DNA from: a virus
Lineage: Duplodnaviria; Caudoviricetes
DNA: 64,000 nt
Strand: one strand, 5' to 3'
Virus record (IMG/VR): IMGVR_UViG_3300036770_007327
Location: 1,653-65,652 of that record
The notes beneath the pieces are model-generated. The model searched no databases. It worked only from the letters and a program-made list of their open reading frames with translations, and was not told the DNA's origin. Of this stretch, positions 36,710 through 47,355 are shown in pieces (the first letter of the stretch is position 1; every line of letters starts with the position of its first letter). The translations under genes and the position numbers were made by a program.

Positions 36710-38530
36710 CTATGCCGGCGCTTCGGGTGCTGGCGGCGCCCCCTCTGCGGGGGGCTCGGCCGTCTCGGCTGGGACCGGCTCTTCAAGACCGGTAGCGGCT
36801 GGTCCTCCGCTAAATGCTGGAGGCCCTCCCGCGCCGAGGTCTAATCCCCCGCCTCCCATATCTCCTCCCATATCACCGCCGCCAGCAGCTCCTGCTGTTG
36901 CTTCAGCGCTCGCCGCTACCTGTTCGCGCCAGTTTGGCCCCATATTGGTAATTTGCGCAAGCTCCCACTCGAGCTCTTTATCAACACGAAGATACTGTCT
37001 ATTTGCCAATATAGCATGGTCATCCCATCCAAGATATTTCTTCTGGCAATATGTTTTCGATATAAGTTCGTTCTGCGATAAGTTAGTATAATTATCAAGC
37101 TTAAGTCCTAATTTCTGAGCTTCTCTCAACTCGTAATAGTTGGACGGGGGATTAAAATCAAAGTCAAAATCCGTCTCTTTAATCTCTAAGTTATTCCAAA
37201 GTTTGGTCATTTTGAGATGGGTAATAAACCCTTGCTTCAAACTCGTCGCGAAGTGTTGTTGAATTCTAACAATGAACTTAGCAAATTTAAGTTCTTCGCG
37301 AAGCATTGATTTCGGGTCCTGGAGAGCCGACTCTTCACTCAATCTATTAACAGGGACCTTTAATGCTTTATATAACTTCTTAACAAAATACATTAGGTCA
37401 GTCAACTCTCCAAGATTCGCGCCGCCGGCGAGCTGAGTTACGGAAGTTCCCTCAGCGCCTTGCCTCTTAGCAAACCAGAACGCATCAAGCATTGATTGAG
37501 GGTTAAACTTATTAACAATATCTCCTTGACCGGAATCAAATGTCTTTGTAGACCAATATTGAGACATTAGTTTGCGGAGATATTGCTCAGCCTTTGGAGG
37601 GGCCATATTGCCTACATCTACATTGAATACTAATCTTTCTGGCGCTCTCACCATTCTATAAATAAGAATAGCATCTTCAATTAAAGATAACTGTCTATAA
37701 GCGCGGCGAGCGTTTTCAATAAAAGGCAGTCTAACATTTTTAGTTTCGTTCCATATACCACTATCAAAATAAACTACCTGATTTTCATTGAGTGGTATAT
37801 AATCAAAATTATCTTCAGCCTTATTAGGCTTGTTGGGATCAAGAATCGGCTTTCTATATAAGTATCCTTTAATTAAAAGGTTTTGTATATTATTATAAAT
37901 TGGATCTATTAACTCTGTAGGCACTCTCACTACACCTAATACACCCTTATCCGCGTGCTTAGAGTGTATAATATGCTCGAAGTATACTTCACCTTCAATA
38001 AGAATATCCCTAAAATATCCCCATCCTTTTCTTTCAAGTTCAAAATAATTTATATATTTCTTATACTCCTCAAGAAGTTGCTGCTTATCATCAAACGAAA
38101 GTTCTTCTTCGAAGGCTCTATCAAATCGTAATTTTACAATATCCCCATTATCATCTTTATTGATAATCTCGTCACATATCTCATCAAGAGCATCAGCAAT
38201 TTCCGCGAACGCAGCCATTACTCTATAATCATTTATTCTAGCATGCTTGTTCTTCTGAACGTTAGCATACATCATCTCGCTGAACTTGCCAGCGGCATCA
38301 ACCATCCCAATGCCCTCGTTATTGAATTCGTTCGACTGAGATATAGAATATTTGGCAAGAACTTCTGGTCTTCTTACTCCTTTGTTTTCAAAGTGCTTAA
38401 ACTTAGGGTTAGATTCGTGCGTTGTATCTATTGCCTCAAATCCCGAATAGGGTAATTTCGAAGCAACATAGTTCATTAAGTTGCGACCGAAAGTAGATTG
38501 TTTGCCCTCGCCTGTAAAGTTTTTTGCCAT
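36710..38530 (-). CDS. Portal protein (gp20-like)
   Basis: QL..IEDA..IYR..RAPER.VF.VDVGNM..KAE.Y, L.GG.NLG, RE.LKF. Confidence 0.97.
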   Translation of the reverse strand: MAKNFTGEGKQSTFGRNLMNYVASKLPYSGFEAIDTTHESNPKFKHFENKGVRRPEVLAKYSISQSNEFNNEGIGMVDAAGKFSEMMYANVQKNKHARINDYRVMAAFAEIADALDEICDEIINKDDNGDIVKLRFDRAFEEELSFDDKQQLLEEYKKYINYFELERKGWGYFRDILIEGEVYFEHIIHSKHADKGVLGVVRVPTELIDPIYNNIQNLLIKGYLYRKPILDPNKPNKAEDNFDYIPLNENQVVYFDSGIWNETKNVRLPFIENARRAYRQLSLIEDAILIYRMVRAPERLVFNVDVGNMAPPKAEQYLRKLMSQYWSTKTFDSGQGDIVNKFNPQSMLDAFWFAKRQGAEGTSVTQLAGGANLGELTDLMYFVKKLYKALKVPVNRLSEESALQDPKSMLREELKFAKFIVRIQQHFATSLKQGFITHLKMTKLWNNLEIKETDFDFDFNPPSNYYELREAQKLGLKLDNYTNLSQNELISKTYCQKKYLGWDDHAILANRQYLRVDKELEWELAQITNMGPNWREQVAASAEATAGAAGGGDMGGDMGGGGLDLGAGGPPAFSGGPAATGLEEPVPAETAEPPAEGAPPAPEAPA

Positions 38531-38576
38531 CTATATCTAGTATTTAATAAAAATAATGAAAATTACAATGCTCTAT

Positions 38577-39731
38577 TTATAGAATAAAGTTTCCGGACAT
38601 AGCGCTATATGTAGTATCCCATCCTACTATAGTATCAATAATAATATTAAAATTACCGCTACCTGTTAACGATGGTAAGACAATTTCCATAATGTTTTCT
38701 GTTACGACCCTATACGAATTTTCCGGAATAATAGACGCTGTAAATGATGGGTAATAAGTAAAATTAGCAGCAGTTAAATTATTATATATAGAGCTACCGC
38801 TACTCACATACACATTTCTTGTATGGTTAAATCGCTTACCATATATTATAATACTACCGGGATTAGCAATATCGTAGTTAGTATCAATGAGAGGAAATGA
38901 GCCACGACCGCTGCCAGACGGAGCATAAAATACATTTGTGATGGTAGGCGACCCTGATATACTTACAGTATCGATCTCTGTTATTTTTATCTGACCTTCA
39001 CTGTAAGAATAATCTGCTCCCGAGAGAGTAGCATAGTCATCATATGTAATAAAATTGCCAGCAGATAAAATTCTTGTATTATGGAAATTGGCATCAATAA
39101 AGAATATGTTATTTATAGGGTCTACGACGTCCTTAAACAACCACCCTTCAATCGTAAAAGAAGCATCAGCCGTTATAACAGTTCTGCTCGAATGGTTAAT
39201 ATCGACAGGGTAACTGAGTGATATACCACCGTCCCATTCTACTTTAGAATTGAGAGGCATTGATGCGGGGAGGCCAAACTCTTCAGGAACCTTCCAGGAA
39301 ATTATAATATATGGATTGGCATATGCGGCAAAATTGGAAATTAACTGGTCAATATCAGTCTGATATGTAGCTAATAGCGATAACTTTACCTTTATATCTA
39401 CCGGAACAACAGAGGGAATCTTTACTGTTGTTTTTGAGAAGCGATCCTGCCTTCTCGCTGGATATGTAAACCCCTCAATCTTATTAAACGCTCTATTATT
39501 ATTTCTTGATACGCTCTCAATAACAACCGCTCCAATAGGTAGTTTTAAATTTTGCGCCCTGTTTTCAATATCATGTAGAACTCGCGCTTTAGGTTGATAG
39601 ACATAAGCAACCTCTATCCTGTCCTTTTCTTCTCTATTGCGATTAAAGCGCCCGATAACAACATCATCAAATGCTGCTATAAATTGGCCAACAAGGTCAT
39701 GTATCTCCCAACTGAACGCTCTACTCTTCAC
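38577..39731 (-). CDS. Tail terminator / sheath stabiliser (gp15-like) with C-terminal extension
   Basis: F...F.D..I.R, V..VY....R, VP..I...L, FTIEGWLF. Confidence 0.8.
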   Translation of the reverse strand: MKSRAFSWEIHDLVGQFIAAFDDVVIGRFNRNREEKDRIEVAYVYQPKARVLHDIENRAQNLKLPIGAVVIESVSRNNNRAFNKIEGFTYPARRQDRFSKTTVKIPSVVPVDIKVKLSLLATYQTDIDQLISNFAAYANPYIIISWKVPEEFGLPASMPLNSKVEWDGGISLSYPVDINHSSRTVITADASFTIEGWLFKDVVDPINNIFFIDANFHNTRILSAGNFITYDDYATLSGADYSYSEGQIKITEIDTVSISGSPTITNVFYAPSGSGRGSFPLIDTNYDIANPGSIIIYGKRFNHTRNVYVSSGSSIYNNLTAANFTYYPSFTASIIPENSYRVVTENIMEIVLPSLTGSGNFNIIIDTIVGWDTTYSAMSGNFIL

Positions 39732-39743
39732 AATATTATTTAT

Positions 39744-41327
39744 TTACTGTACCCTATCTACAAAGAATTTAGGCAATTTAGTCTTGCTTCTTTGTATCAC
39801 GCTTGATGCGCCCCCGTCAAGAATATAAGTAATGCACCAATCATCTTGACTTCTCACTCCTCGACCGCAAGCCTGAACGAGATTAGAAAGCATCTTATTA
39901 GTATACCAATTTGAATCTTCTTCAAACAATGTTTTAATTCTCTCGTCTCCTAAAGGCATATATGGTAGTTTTACAATAATTTGAAATCTAGCTAAATCAT
40001 CCTTTAGGTCTACCCCATGAGTAATAGAAGGGCTTACAAGAACGCTTGGATAATCTGCTACAATGTGTTCTTGTATTAACTTTTCATTATTTACCTCTTC
40101 ATACCTATACTGAAATCTATTACCAGATAGTTTATTTTTTAAGAACTCTGTAATATAGCTAGTATGGGTATGGATTACTCCTTTTTCGTCTCCATGCTCG
40201 TCGCATATCTGTTGAATTAGGTTAGCGACTTTAGGCAAGTTCTCTTGAAGACTCTTATAATTGAGTTTATATTTTGAAGAAATATAGATAGGAGATTTAT
40301 CAGCACTAAACGGAGACTTTGTTTCTATAAATTTATATCTTTCAATTCCCAAGGTCTTCGCAAAGTTTTGAGGGTCAATAATAGTAGCAGACATTAAAAG
40401 TATTTTTTTGCCATACTTAAATATCTTCGATGATAGCGTTGATATATAAAGCGGTGTTACAGTAATGTTATCATCCTTTTTAGTAATTACATACTTACAA
40501 GTATTCCACGATTCAATAATAAGTTTAACTTTATCATTTAACCTAGTTAATGCTTTATATTTGGTAATATCCTTTTCAGTCTTTTTGTTAGAAGAAATAG
40601 TATTTTTCAATTCAACAACCAAATCCGACATTAAGGAATCTAAATCAGTAAGCCATTTAAAGAATGTATTATAGTTAGAAACATTAGGTAGTTTAGTTTT
40701 TATATCCAGAAACTTTAAAGCTCTACTTGTAATAGAAAGGGTAAAATGCTTTACAAGTTGGTCTTCAATTTCACTTGCCTCATCGCAAATCAGATATTCT
40801 TTTTGCTTGAGACCAGAAGGAAGAGCAAAGAACATATCATAACTATAAGCAGAGAATTTATTAGTTAGCGCTTTATTGCGTTGCTCATAATAAGGGCACT
40901 TATGTTGCGACCAACATTCCTTCTTTAGCTTAGGCAAATACATGCAAGGGGCTACCTCTACATCGCAGTTCGTATCTACCGCGCACATATAATTGCTCTT
41001 ACCTTTTAGAGACTCACAATCGTCGAAAAGAGACGTATATTGGTCTTGAAGCGCTTTGGTAATCGTCAAAACAGCAGCGCCCTGATCGGGCCAAACTTCC
41101 TCATAGTCCTGACGAAACGCCTTAAACGTTGTTACATCGTCTATAAAGTCCGGGTCAATATCTCTACTGGCATTGCCGAGAGTTTTAGATAAAAACGACT
41201 TACCAGTTCCTGTAGGAGCACTACAAATAACAAAGTCGTACTCCTCAAACGCTTTTTCTATTTGCTCAATAAGTTCAATCTGAGCCGCCCGAGGCTGTAT
41301 ATTGGCAGGAAATTTTGATATAAGCAT
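39744..41327 (-). CDS. DinG/XPD-family SF2 helicase
   Basis: APTGTGKS, LKGK.NY.C with Cys cluster, DEA, MSAT, QACGRGVR. Confidence 0.92.
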   Translation of the reverse strand: MLISKFPANIQPRAAQIELIEQIEKAFEEYDFVICSAPTGTGKSFLSKTLGNASRDIDPDFIDDVTTFKAFRQDYEEVWPDQGAAVLTITKALQDQYTSLFDDCESLKGKSNYMCAVDTNCDVEVAPCMYLPKLKKECWSQHKCPYYEQRNKALTNKFSAYSYDMFFALPSGLKQKEYLICDEASEIEDQLVKHFTLSITSRALKFLDIKTKLPNVSNYNTFFKWLTDLDSLMSDLVVELKNTISSNKKTEKDITKYKALTRLNDKVKLIIESWNTCKYVITKKDDNITVTPLYISTLSSKIFKYGKKILLMSATIIDPQNFAKTLGIERYKFIETKSPFSADKSPIYISSKYKLNYKSLQENLPKVANLIQQICDEHGDEKGVIHTHTSYITEFLKNKLSGNRFQYRYEEVNNEKLIQEHIVADYPSVLVSPSITHGVDLKDDLARFQIIVKLPYMPLGDERIKTLFEEDSNWYTNKMLSNLVQACGRGVRSQDDWCITYILDGGASSVIQRSKTKLPKFFVDRVQ

Positions 41328-41356
41328 AATACAATATAATGTATGATTTCAAAAAA

Positions 41357-41704
41357 TCAAATATCATATTGAATCTTAACCTTATTATCAAACATTTTAT
41401 TCTTCTTTACCCTATTCAAAACCTTTAATTTATACATGAGCATCTTATTGCCCTTCGATAAGGTATCGAGTGTATAGTCAAACTCGATACCGTCTTCGAG
41501 AATGTTTACAGAGAAGGGATAAGGAAGCTCGTAAACTTTATTGTCGCGATTACTACCCCCAGAAATTGTAAACGTAGTATAGAAGTCTTTTATATTAAAA
41601 ATAATTAACCTCCCGCTGCGTATTACTTTATTATTAATAATAAACTTTACATTACGTTGAAGTAAATGCGAAATCTTCTTTTCTATTGCTTCCCTGTTTA
41701 TCAT
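41357..41704 (-). CDS. Hypothetical protein
   Basis: Coupled ORF in minus-strand operon. Confidence 0.7.
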   Translation of the reverse strand: MINREAIEKKISHLLQRNVKFIINNKVIRSGRLIIFNIKDFYTTFTISGGSNRDNKVYELPYPFSVNILEDGIEFDYTLDTLSKGNKMLMYKLKVLNRVKKNKMFDNKVKIQYDI

Positions 41705-42078
41705 GTGTTCATATAGAGGACTTTTTGCGCTGGAGACATTATGAAAAACTTTTCATTAAAGACTTTCCAGAACTCGTCATTCGCTGGATATTTATTAAGC
41801 AATTCGCAATCATCCATAGATACTGCTCTAAATTCTTGCATTAAAATATCCCACGTCATAACGATATTTTTACCCGCTGGGCTGAACTTCAAACCCTGTT
41901 TTGGTGGTTTAAAGTTTAAGGTAATTCTACCATTGACGCTTTGAAGTAGAGCATCACTATTCGTACAGAGCATTGTTCGATAAGGCGCGCGGGTAGGGTC
42001 ATTAACCCTTCTCCTGAATCTTATTTCAGCAACATTATCGAGCAAGAGATTCTGCAGCTGCGCTCTACCGACTTTCAT
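41701..42078 (-). CDS. SH3-like / WYL_2-type phage protein
   Basis: V..I.F....R.M.CT...WD....FR pattern. Confidence 0.6.
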   Translation of the reverse strand: MKVGRAQLQNLLLDNVAEIRFRRRVNDPTRAPYRTMLCTNSDALLQSVNGRITLNFKPPKQGLKFSPAGKNIVMTWDILMQEFRAVSMDDCELLNKYPANDEFWKVFNEKFFIMSPAQKVLYMNT

Positions 42079-42079
42079 A

Positions 42080-42475
42080 TTATTCAGCCTCTACGCAGAC
42101 CCCAAATATTCTCGATTCATTTAAAAAGACGCCATGTTTAATTTTGCCTTTTCCATCAATCTCAAGATTTTCAATAGCAACCCCATAGTTATTTGGAAAT
42201 AAGACTATCTCATCCTCTTTAGTCCATTTAGCATCTACCCCAGCGATGACAACGCGAGCCTTTCTCCAAGCCTTTGTTTGGACATGCAAGGGTACAAAGA
42301 TACCATTGCGTAAAATGGATTCCCCATCTTCCGACATATCAATAAATTCACACAACAAAACATCCCCGTGGAGTCTTTTTAATTTAAAATTATCAACATC
42401 CATATCGACGATAGTGTCGGATGAAAGTTGTATTAGCCCTCGTTCGGGTAGAAGTTTATCAATATCGGCTCGCAT
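42080..42475 (-). CDS. GroES-like co-chaperonin
   Basis: L..D.LL, GI.VP, A.VV..G, FLNE..I.G. Confidence 0.75.
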   Translation of the reverse strand: MRADIDKLLPERGLIQLSSDTIVDMDVDNFKLKRLHGDVLLCEFIDMSEDGESILRNGIFVPLHVQTKAWRKARVVIAGVDAKWTKEDEIVLFPNNYGVAIENLEIDGKGKIKHGVFLNESRIFGVCVEAE

Positions 42476-42505
42476 ATAACTTATATATTAAATAATAATT
42501 TTATT

Positions 42506-42871
42506 TCAACTATCAAAAAGGTCTTTATATAGTTTTAATTCTCTAACGCTTATCTCTTTATTAGCAGCAATAATATTAAGATTGTCTTCTTTAATCTCTT
42601 CCTTTACCGCTTTGTTCTTTTTGATGTATTGAATTTTTTTAAAGCGAAGTTTAGGGAAGAGATGATAATACCAGTTATATTGCTGGTCTTTTGTATTAAA
42701 AAGATTTCCATACTTATTTGAGGTATTGTTTATAACTTCTACCATGTCATCAGAATACATCGATACCCATCTATTAATCATAAACGGACTAAATGTTGCC
42801 TCATTATCGAGAGACAAGTCTATTTTCTTTTTACTAAAAAAGATTGAATTAATAATATTGAAAATAGTCAT
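42506..42871 (-). CDS. Clamp loader small subunit (gp62-like)
   Basis: IF..INSI, PFMINR..S, QY..Y, Y.KK. Confidence 0.75.
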   Translation of the reverse strand: MTIFNIINSIFFSKKKIDLSLDNEATFSPFMINRWVSMYSDDMVEVINNTSNKYGNLFNTKDQQYNWYYHLFPKLRFKKIQYIKKNKAVKEEIKEDNLNIIAANKEISVRELKLYKDLFDS

Positions 42872-43053
42872 CTAATAATTTTATTTGGATACGTATGGTA
42901 CTCACGCTTTTCGCAATGCTTGCATTTAACGAATCGGTATTGATCGCTACCTATATGAATTTTTACGGAACCCTTTACCGGTTCCCAATTATGCTGACCC
43001 ATCGAGCATAAAAAATCAAAAATCCACTTTCGAAGACGCAATAAAAATTTCAT
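42868..43053 (-). CDS. Small Cys/His protein
   Basis: C...H.W ... CKHC. Confidence 0.5.
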   Translation of the reverse strand: MKFLLRLRKWIFDFLCSMGQHNWEPVKGSVKIHIGSDQYRFVKCKHCEKREYHTYPNKIIR

Positions 43054-43606
43054 CGTTAATAGAATAAAAAATTTGAATTACTGCATTCATAAATTCAACG
43101 CACTCTTCATTACTAAGATTAGTTGAATAAGCAAACGGAGGCGCCTTTCTACCAGCGGATACGTTAATGCCAGTATGACCGATAGCAACATTATCTTTAG
43201 AGTAGGTGATAGACACACTACACTTTCCCTTGTCTCTCAGTTGGTTATCGCTCCCATTAAATTCATCTACAACCATTAAGTCATCCCCCTTCACTTCAAT
43301 AGGCTTTTTAATAAAGTCGAGAGATAATACATTGGCAATTTGAGTATTAAAAAGACGCTGAAATGCTACAGCGCCCTTCGGACAAAGGTTAGGAATTTCC
43401 CAGCAGAAGTTAATAGCATCATCGCTAACAATAGTATCATTTTGCAAAACATCCTCCTGGTCAATCATATTGTCAATAGAGACATCCATAGGCGCTCTAA
43501 ACGCAACAATATTACCGATAGGTAGAGTATGGTTCCGGAAAAAGTTATATGCGAATCTCTTATGAATTAGAGAACCATCGTAGAGTTTTATGTCTTTAAT
43601 AATCAT
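43016..43606 (-). CDS. DUF366-like protein (class II aaRS / biotin-ligase-like fold)
   Basis: YDGS, IV.FR.PM.V, MID.ED, QRL, GDDL, K.SVSI, H.GIN. Confidence 0.7.
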   Translation of the reverse strand: MIIKDIKLYDGSLIHKRFAYNFFRNHTLPIGNIVAFRAPMDVSIDNMIDQEDVLQNDTIVSDDAINFCWEIPNLCPKGAVAFQRLFNTQIANVLSLDFIKKPIEVKGDDLMVVDEFNGSDNQLRDKGKCSVSITYSKDNVAIGHTGINVSAGRKAPPFAYSTNLSNEECVEFMNAVIQIFYSINDEIFIASSKVDF

Positions 43607-43694
43607 ATTTTATAATATAAAATAAAATATAACAATATCAACTATATTATACATTAGCATAAACCTTTAACCAGCGCCCATATTAACACTAGCG

Positions 43695-44309
43695 TTATTT
43701 TTCTCCCCACTTATTTTTTAATACATCGATACTGCCATGGGTCATACTATAAATATCCTCTACCATACAATGACTCTTCGATCCTTCATGGTGAGCGATA
43801 GCGTCTCCTATTAAGGCATGTGTAAAATTTTTTTCTCTTATAAAACTACAATAATCGTTATCTTGATACCAAAATGTAAACCGCTCATCCCACTCGCCCA
43901 TCGCTTCATATACCTTACTTGTTAACCCTATACACCAGCCTTTTACATGATGACCGACCTTATTGCCAATTTGGGTTTCTTGTAAACTCTCAGAAGGAGA
44001 TACTGAGTCATAATTATCTAGTTCATCAAAAAGTTTTTTAATACATCCCGACTCATATACAACATCGTTATTAGATATAATAACTTTTTCTTTTTTACCT
44101 ATATTTTGAAATCCTATATTAAGAAATCTATTGTAGTTAAATTTTTCTTCCGGAAAGATAAACCTTGCAGGTAACATCATATCCTTACTCTTTAACTTAC
44201 TATTGGTTTCAACTACTAGTATCTCGTAATCACCTATAGAATTTATACAATTCTTAAGCATTGTATAGTAAGCGGGGTTTTTTGTATATGATAATATTAT
44301 TATAGTCAT
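43695..44309 (-). CDS. GT2-family glycosyltransferase
   Basis: FNYNR..N.G, NNDV, WDE.F.FWYQDND. Confidence 0.85.
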   Translation of the reverse strand: MTIIILSYTKNPAYYTMLKNCINSIGDYEILVVETNSKLKSKDMMLPARFIFPEEKFNYNRFLNIGFQNIGKKEKVIISNNDVVYESGCIKKLFDELDNYDSVSPSESLQETQIGNKVGHHVKGWCIGLTSKVYEAMGEWDERFTFWYQDNDYCSFIREKNFTHALIGDAIAHHEGSKSHCMVEDIYSMTHGSIDVLKNKWGEK

Positions 44310-44310
44310 A

Positions 44311-44961
44311 TTATAATTGTAAAAGCTTTTTAATTGTACCCCAAATCCCCTTATCGATTGTATCGCGGTCAAAATCATTTCTGATCCGTATTTGAGGATA
44401 TGCCAATGCCTTTTCTATCTCACTCTCTGCAGGAATACATTTTCTATCTGATATATTATATCGCTCTAAGTATGTTTTTTTCACCCCTCTAGATTTAAGA
44501 TAATTGCCTATAGACAAATCATCTTCTATATTATAAGATAGAAAGTCCTTACCTTCAACTATTCTATCAATAACACTCTTTGAAAAAATATTCAAAGCAC
44601 CAGAACAAAAGTTCCAATCTTTCTCAAAAAAACCCATATAAAGATCTTTTTCATTTTGATGTTGCAATAATTCTATTATTTTATCTATATTAATAAATGT
44701 CGAGCTATTAACTCTGATAACGTAATCATAATCTCTGTTCTGTTTTATAAAATCAATAAATTTTTTTAGCATAGCAGGTATAGGGCCTTCATCTGTATAA
44801 TAATTTATTTTATTAGCTTTCAAATCATTTAACGACATATCCACACTATTATACAAAAATTTGAACTCAATATTTTTACTCTTTAGATATTTTTCTTTGA
44901 TTCTATCAAAGAAGTTGTAAAGTGGGTCATTATGTGTTAAAACTAAAACTATTATTTTCAT
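44311..44961 (-). CDS. GT-A glycosyltransferase (GT31-like)
   Basis: YDYV.R.N.STF, SGA....S, EDD..IG. Confidence 0.7.
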   Translation of the reverse strand: MKIIVLVLTHNDPLYNFFDRIKEKYLKSKNIEFKFLYNSVDMSLNDLKANKINYYTDEGPIPAMLKKFIDFIKQNRDYDYVIRVNSSTFINIDKIIELLQHQNEKDLYMGFFEKDWNFCSGALNIFSKSVIDRIVEGKDFLSYNIEDDLSIGNYLKSRGVKKTYLERYNISDRKCIPAESEIEKALAYPQIRIRNDFDRDTIDKGIWGTIKKLLQL

Positions 44962-45789
44962 TTATTTTAAAATTTTTTTCCAGTAATTAATATCTAGCAT
45001 GTCTATATTATTAAACATTTTATTATGGTCGTGTTTTTTTGGTATACTGTCAATCAAAAACTGCTGAGTGACTTCCTCCCAGCTATCTACAAATATAATA
45101 GGCAAATGCTTAAATTGTTCTAAAGCTTCATGCTTTAGAACAATGGGCATACTTTTGAGATACAAGCATTCCCATATCCGATGACAATCAATACCGTTGC
45201 CTGGTGGAGATATAACAAACACACTATTTGCAATATTTGTCCAGTATTGCAAATTAGATGTTCTTTGCGACATCATAATGTTATTATGCGAAGTTATCTC
45301 ATCACATAGACGTCTCGCATTTATATTTGTACTACAGTCGAAATTTTTAAATACTAAATTATTTTTTAATATCGAAGTGTTTCTCACGCTCTTAATAAGC
45401 TGTTGATCTCCGTGCTGCCATTGACTATTCGCTAGCCCTATAGGCAATGAAATTAGCTTTGGATGGCTTACTAACCTATTCTGACAATACCATTTACTAA
45501 TTTTATTTCCTTCAAGATATTTTATAAATGTGTCATCAACGCAATGATCGGAGTTATGAGATATTATAATTGTATCGTCGCTGAGATGATCATAAAACTT
45601 ATTAAAGAAATCCATTAAAAAATGGGTATAAATAAATATTTTTTTATATTGCTTTATATGTGAGGTCTCAAGATCATTTAAGTTTACTAAGTTTTGCTTT
45701 AAGTGCCTATTTTGATCCTCAATAATGCAATTAAGCTCGCCATACAAACTTATATCAGCTAGTTTTTGAAATTGTTCGCCTGATATCAT
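44962..45789 (-). CDS. Exostosin/GT47-like glycosyltransferase
   Basis: HNSD, LPIG, FVISPPGNG.DCHR.WE.L...PIV. Confidence 0.8.
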   Translation of the reverse strand: MISGEQFQKLADISLYGELNCIIEDQNRHLKQNLVNLNDLETSHIKQYKKIFIYTHFLMDFFNKFYDHLSDDTIIISHNSDHCVDDTFIKYLEGNKISKWYCQNRLVSHPKLISLPIGLANSQWQHGDQQLIKSVRNTSILKNNLVFKNFDCSTNINARRLCDEITSHNNIMMSQRTSNLQYWTNIANSVFVISPPGNGIDCHRIWECLYLKSMPIVLKHEALEQFKHLPIIFVDSWEEVTQQFLIDSIPKKHDHNKMFNNIDMLDINYWKKILK

Positions 45790-45836
45790 TTTTTATGAGA
45801 AATTAATAAGCGGTTTTATTGTAAGTTTTAACCATA

Positions 45837-46565
45837 TTAATTATGTCTACGCCATTCGTGATTAGCGATGTAATGATAGTTTGCTTTGTCTATATTTTTA
45901 TAATCATCGACATCTGCATATTCTAAATATCTAATAATATAATTATTAGGATATTTTTTAAAAATATAATGAAAGTAAAGTTCATATTCTGAAAATCCAT
46001 GATGCCAATTTTTAACTGATCGTATTATCGTTTCATACACTTCCTCGCCTCCTCTTTTAATTAAATTAAAAATTTCAGCTAGAATCTCTTTTTCAAATAC
46101 CATGTGATGGCAAATACCAGATTTATTTACGCTCCTTTCAAAAAAAGGATTTAATATATTCATACATTCAAAATAATCAGGTGTAAATTCAGACGAATAA
46201 TTATACAATAACTTGCCTTGATCTATAAAGTTTACATCTCGCAAAAATATTACATCCGAATCTAATACTAAAAATTTATCGCTTATATTAGGTATAATAA
46301 AGCTATACAGCTTTAATAGTTGCTGAAAATACCAACCAGCGCGACTAGCTGGTATTGCGCTATTTATTCTAATAATATCATTTTTTTTGAAAGGGAATAT
46401 ATGTTCATCTATCCATTTATAATTTATATTAGACCTACACTGCGGATTATGATCAGCTAAAATATATACATTACCTCTATCTCTAACGTGGACTAGAGAG
46501 TTTAAACAAGATTCGATCGTATAATTATCTTTCGCACTATACGGTATTACCACATCGATACTCAT
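45837..46565 (-). CDS. GT-A-like protein (DUF6492-like)
   Basis: GWY.QQLLKL, LDSD, FSEYELY. Confidence 0.7.
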   Translation of the reverse strand: MSIDVVIPYSAKDNYTIESCLNSLVHVRDRGNVYILADHNPQCRSNINYKWIDEHIFPFKKNDIIRINSAIPASRAGWYFQQLLKLYSFIIPNISDKFLVLDSDVIFLRDVNFIDQGKLLYNYSSEFTPDYFECMNILNPFFERSVNKSGICHHMVFEKEILAEIFNLIKRGGEEVYETIIRSVKNWHHGFSEYELYFHYIFKKYPNNYIIRYLEYADVDDYKNIDKANYHYIANHEWRRHN

Positions 46566-47355
46566 ATTTTGATAAATTTTTTGAATGTATATGTAGGTTA
46601 AAAATATTATATTTTTTGTTATTAGCTATTATATACGGCGCGCCGTCAAATATAATTTGGATATCGTTGGTTAATTTACTACCGACGTATTGATCTCTAT
46701 CTATAAATCCTGGAGCATGGCCGTTTGGTGTACCGCCAATATATTGGCCGTAGGAGGAAGGATCGAATATAAAATTAAACTCGTTTAGCTCATCTGGTAA
46801 AACAGGCAGTTTCGTTATTATACCATCATCTATATGACCCAATAATCTCATTTCATGAATTTCGTCACCGGTAATAGATCTCGCTACATCTTCTCCTAGC
46901 CGTACAATATCAAAAACACGCTCTGTAATGTTTGACATTTTTTCTTTATTATTTATAATGCTAAACCCAAATGCATACTCTGTTTGCTTATGAGGTGTAA
47001 TATATATTTCTTTCTTTATTTTATCTTTTAATATTTCAGGATCATTATAATATAACACATCATTATCGAAATGTATTAAAGGTTCATCGTCACAATAATT
47101 CTGATAATATTCATTTAAATAAAAAATCCTTAGTAGGGAGGTAATCCATAAAGGATTAGATTCGTAATGAAAATAGTTTTTTATTAGAGCAGGTCGGAAT
47201 TTATTTACATTTATATTATTAACCCTATCATTATTATATACAATAGATTGATCTGTACACAATAATACCTTGTTATTTGGATATTTAAGTATACTTTTAA
47301 TACACGTATATAGGTGATTAGGTATAGGCCCTAAATGAAATAAGAAATGTTTCAC
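46537..47355 (-). CDS. Putative glycosyltransferase
   Basis: R.FYL, H.DNDV, EM, FDP..YGQY.GG, NLHIHSK. Confidence 0.65.
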   Translation of the reverse strand: MKHFLFHLGPIPNHLYTCIKSILKYPNNKVLLCTDQSIVYNNDRVNNINVNKFRPALIKNYFHYESNPLWITSLLRIFYLNEYYQNYCDDEPLIHFDNDVLYYNDPEILKDKIKKEIYITPHKQTEYAFGFSIINNKEKMSNITERVFDIVRLGEDVARSITGDEIHEMRLLGHIDDGIITKLPVLPDELNEFNFIFDPSSYGQYIGGTPNGHAPGFIDRDQYVGSKLTNDIQIIFDGAPYIIANNKKYNIFNLHIHSKNLSKYEYRCGNTV

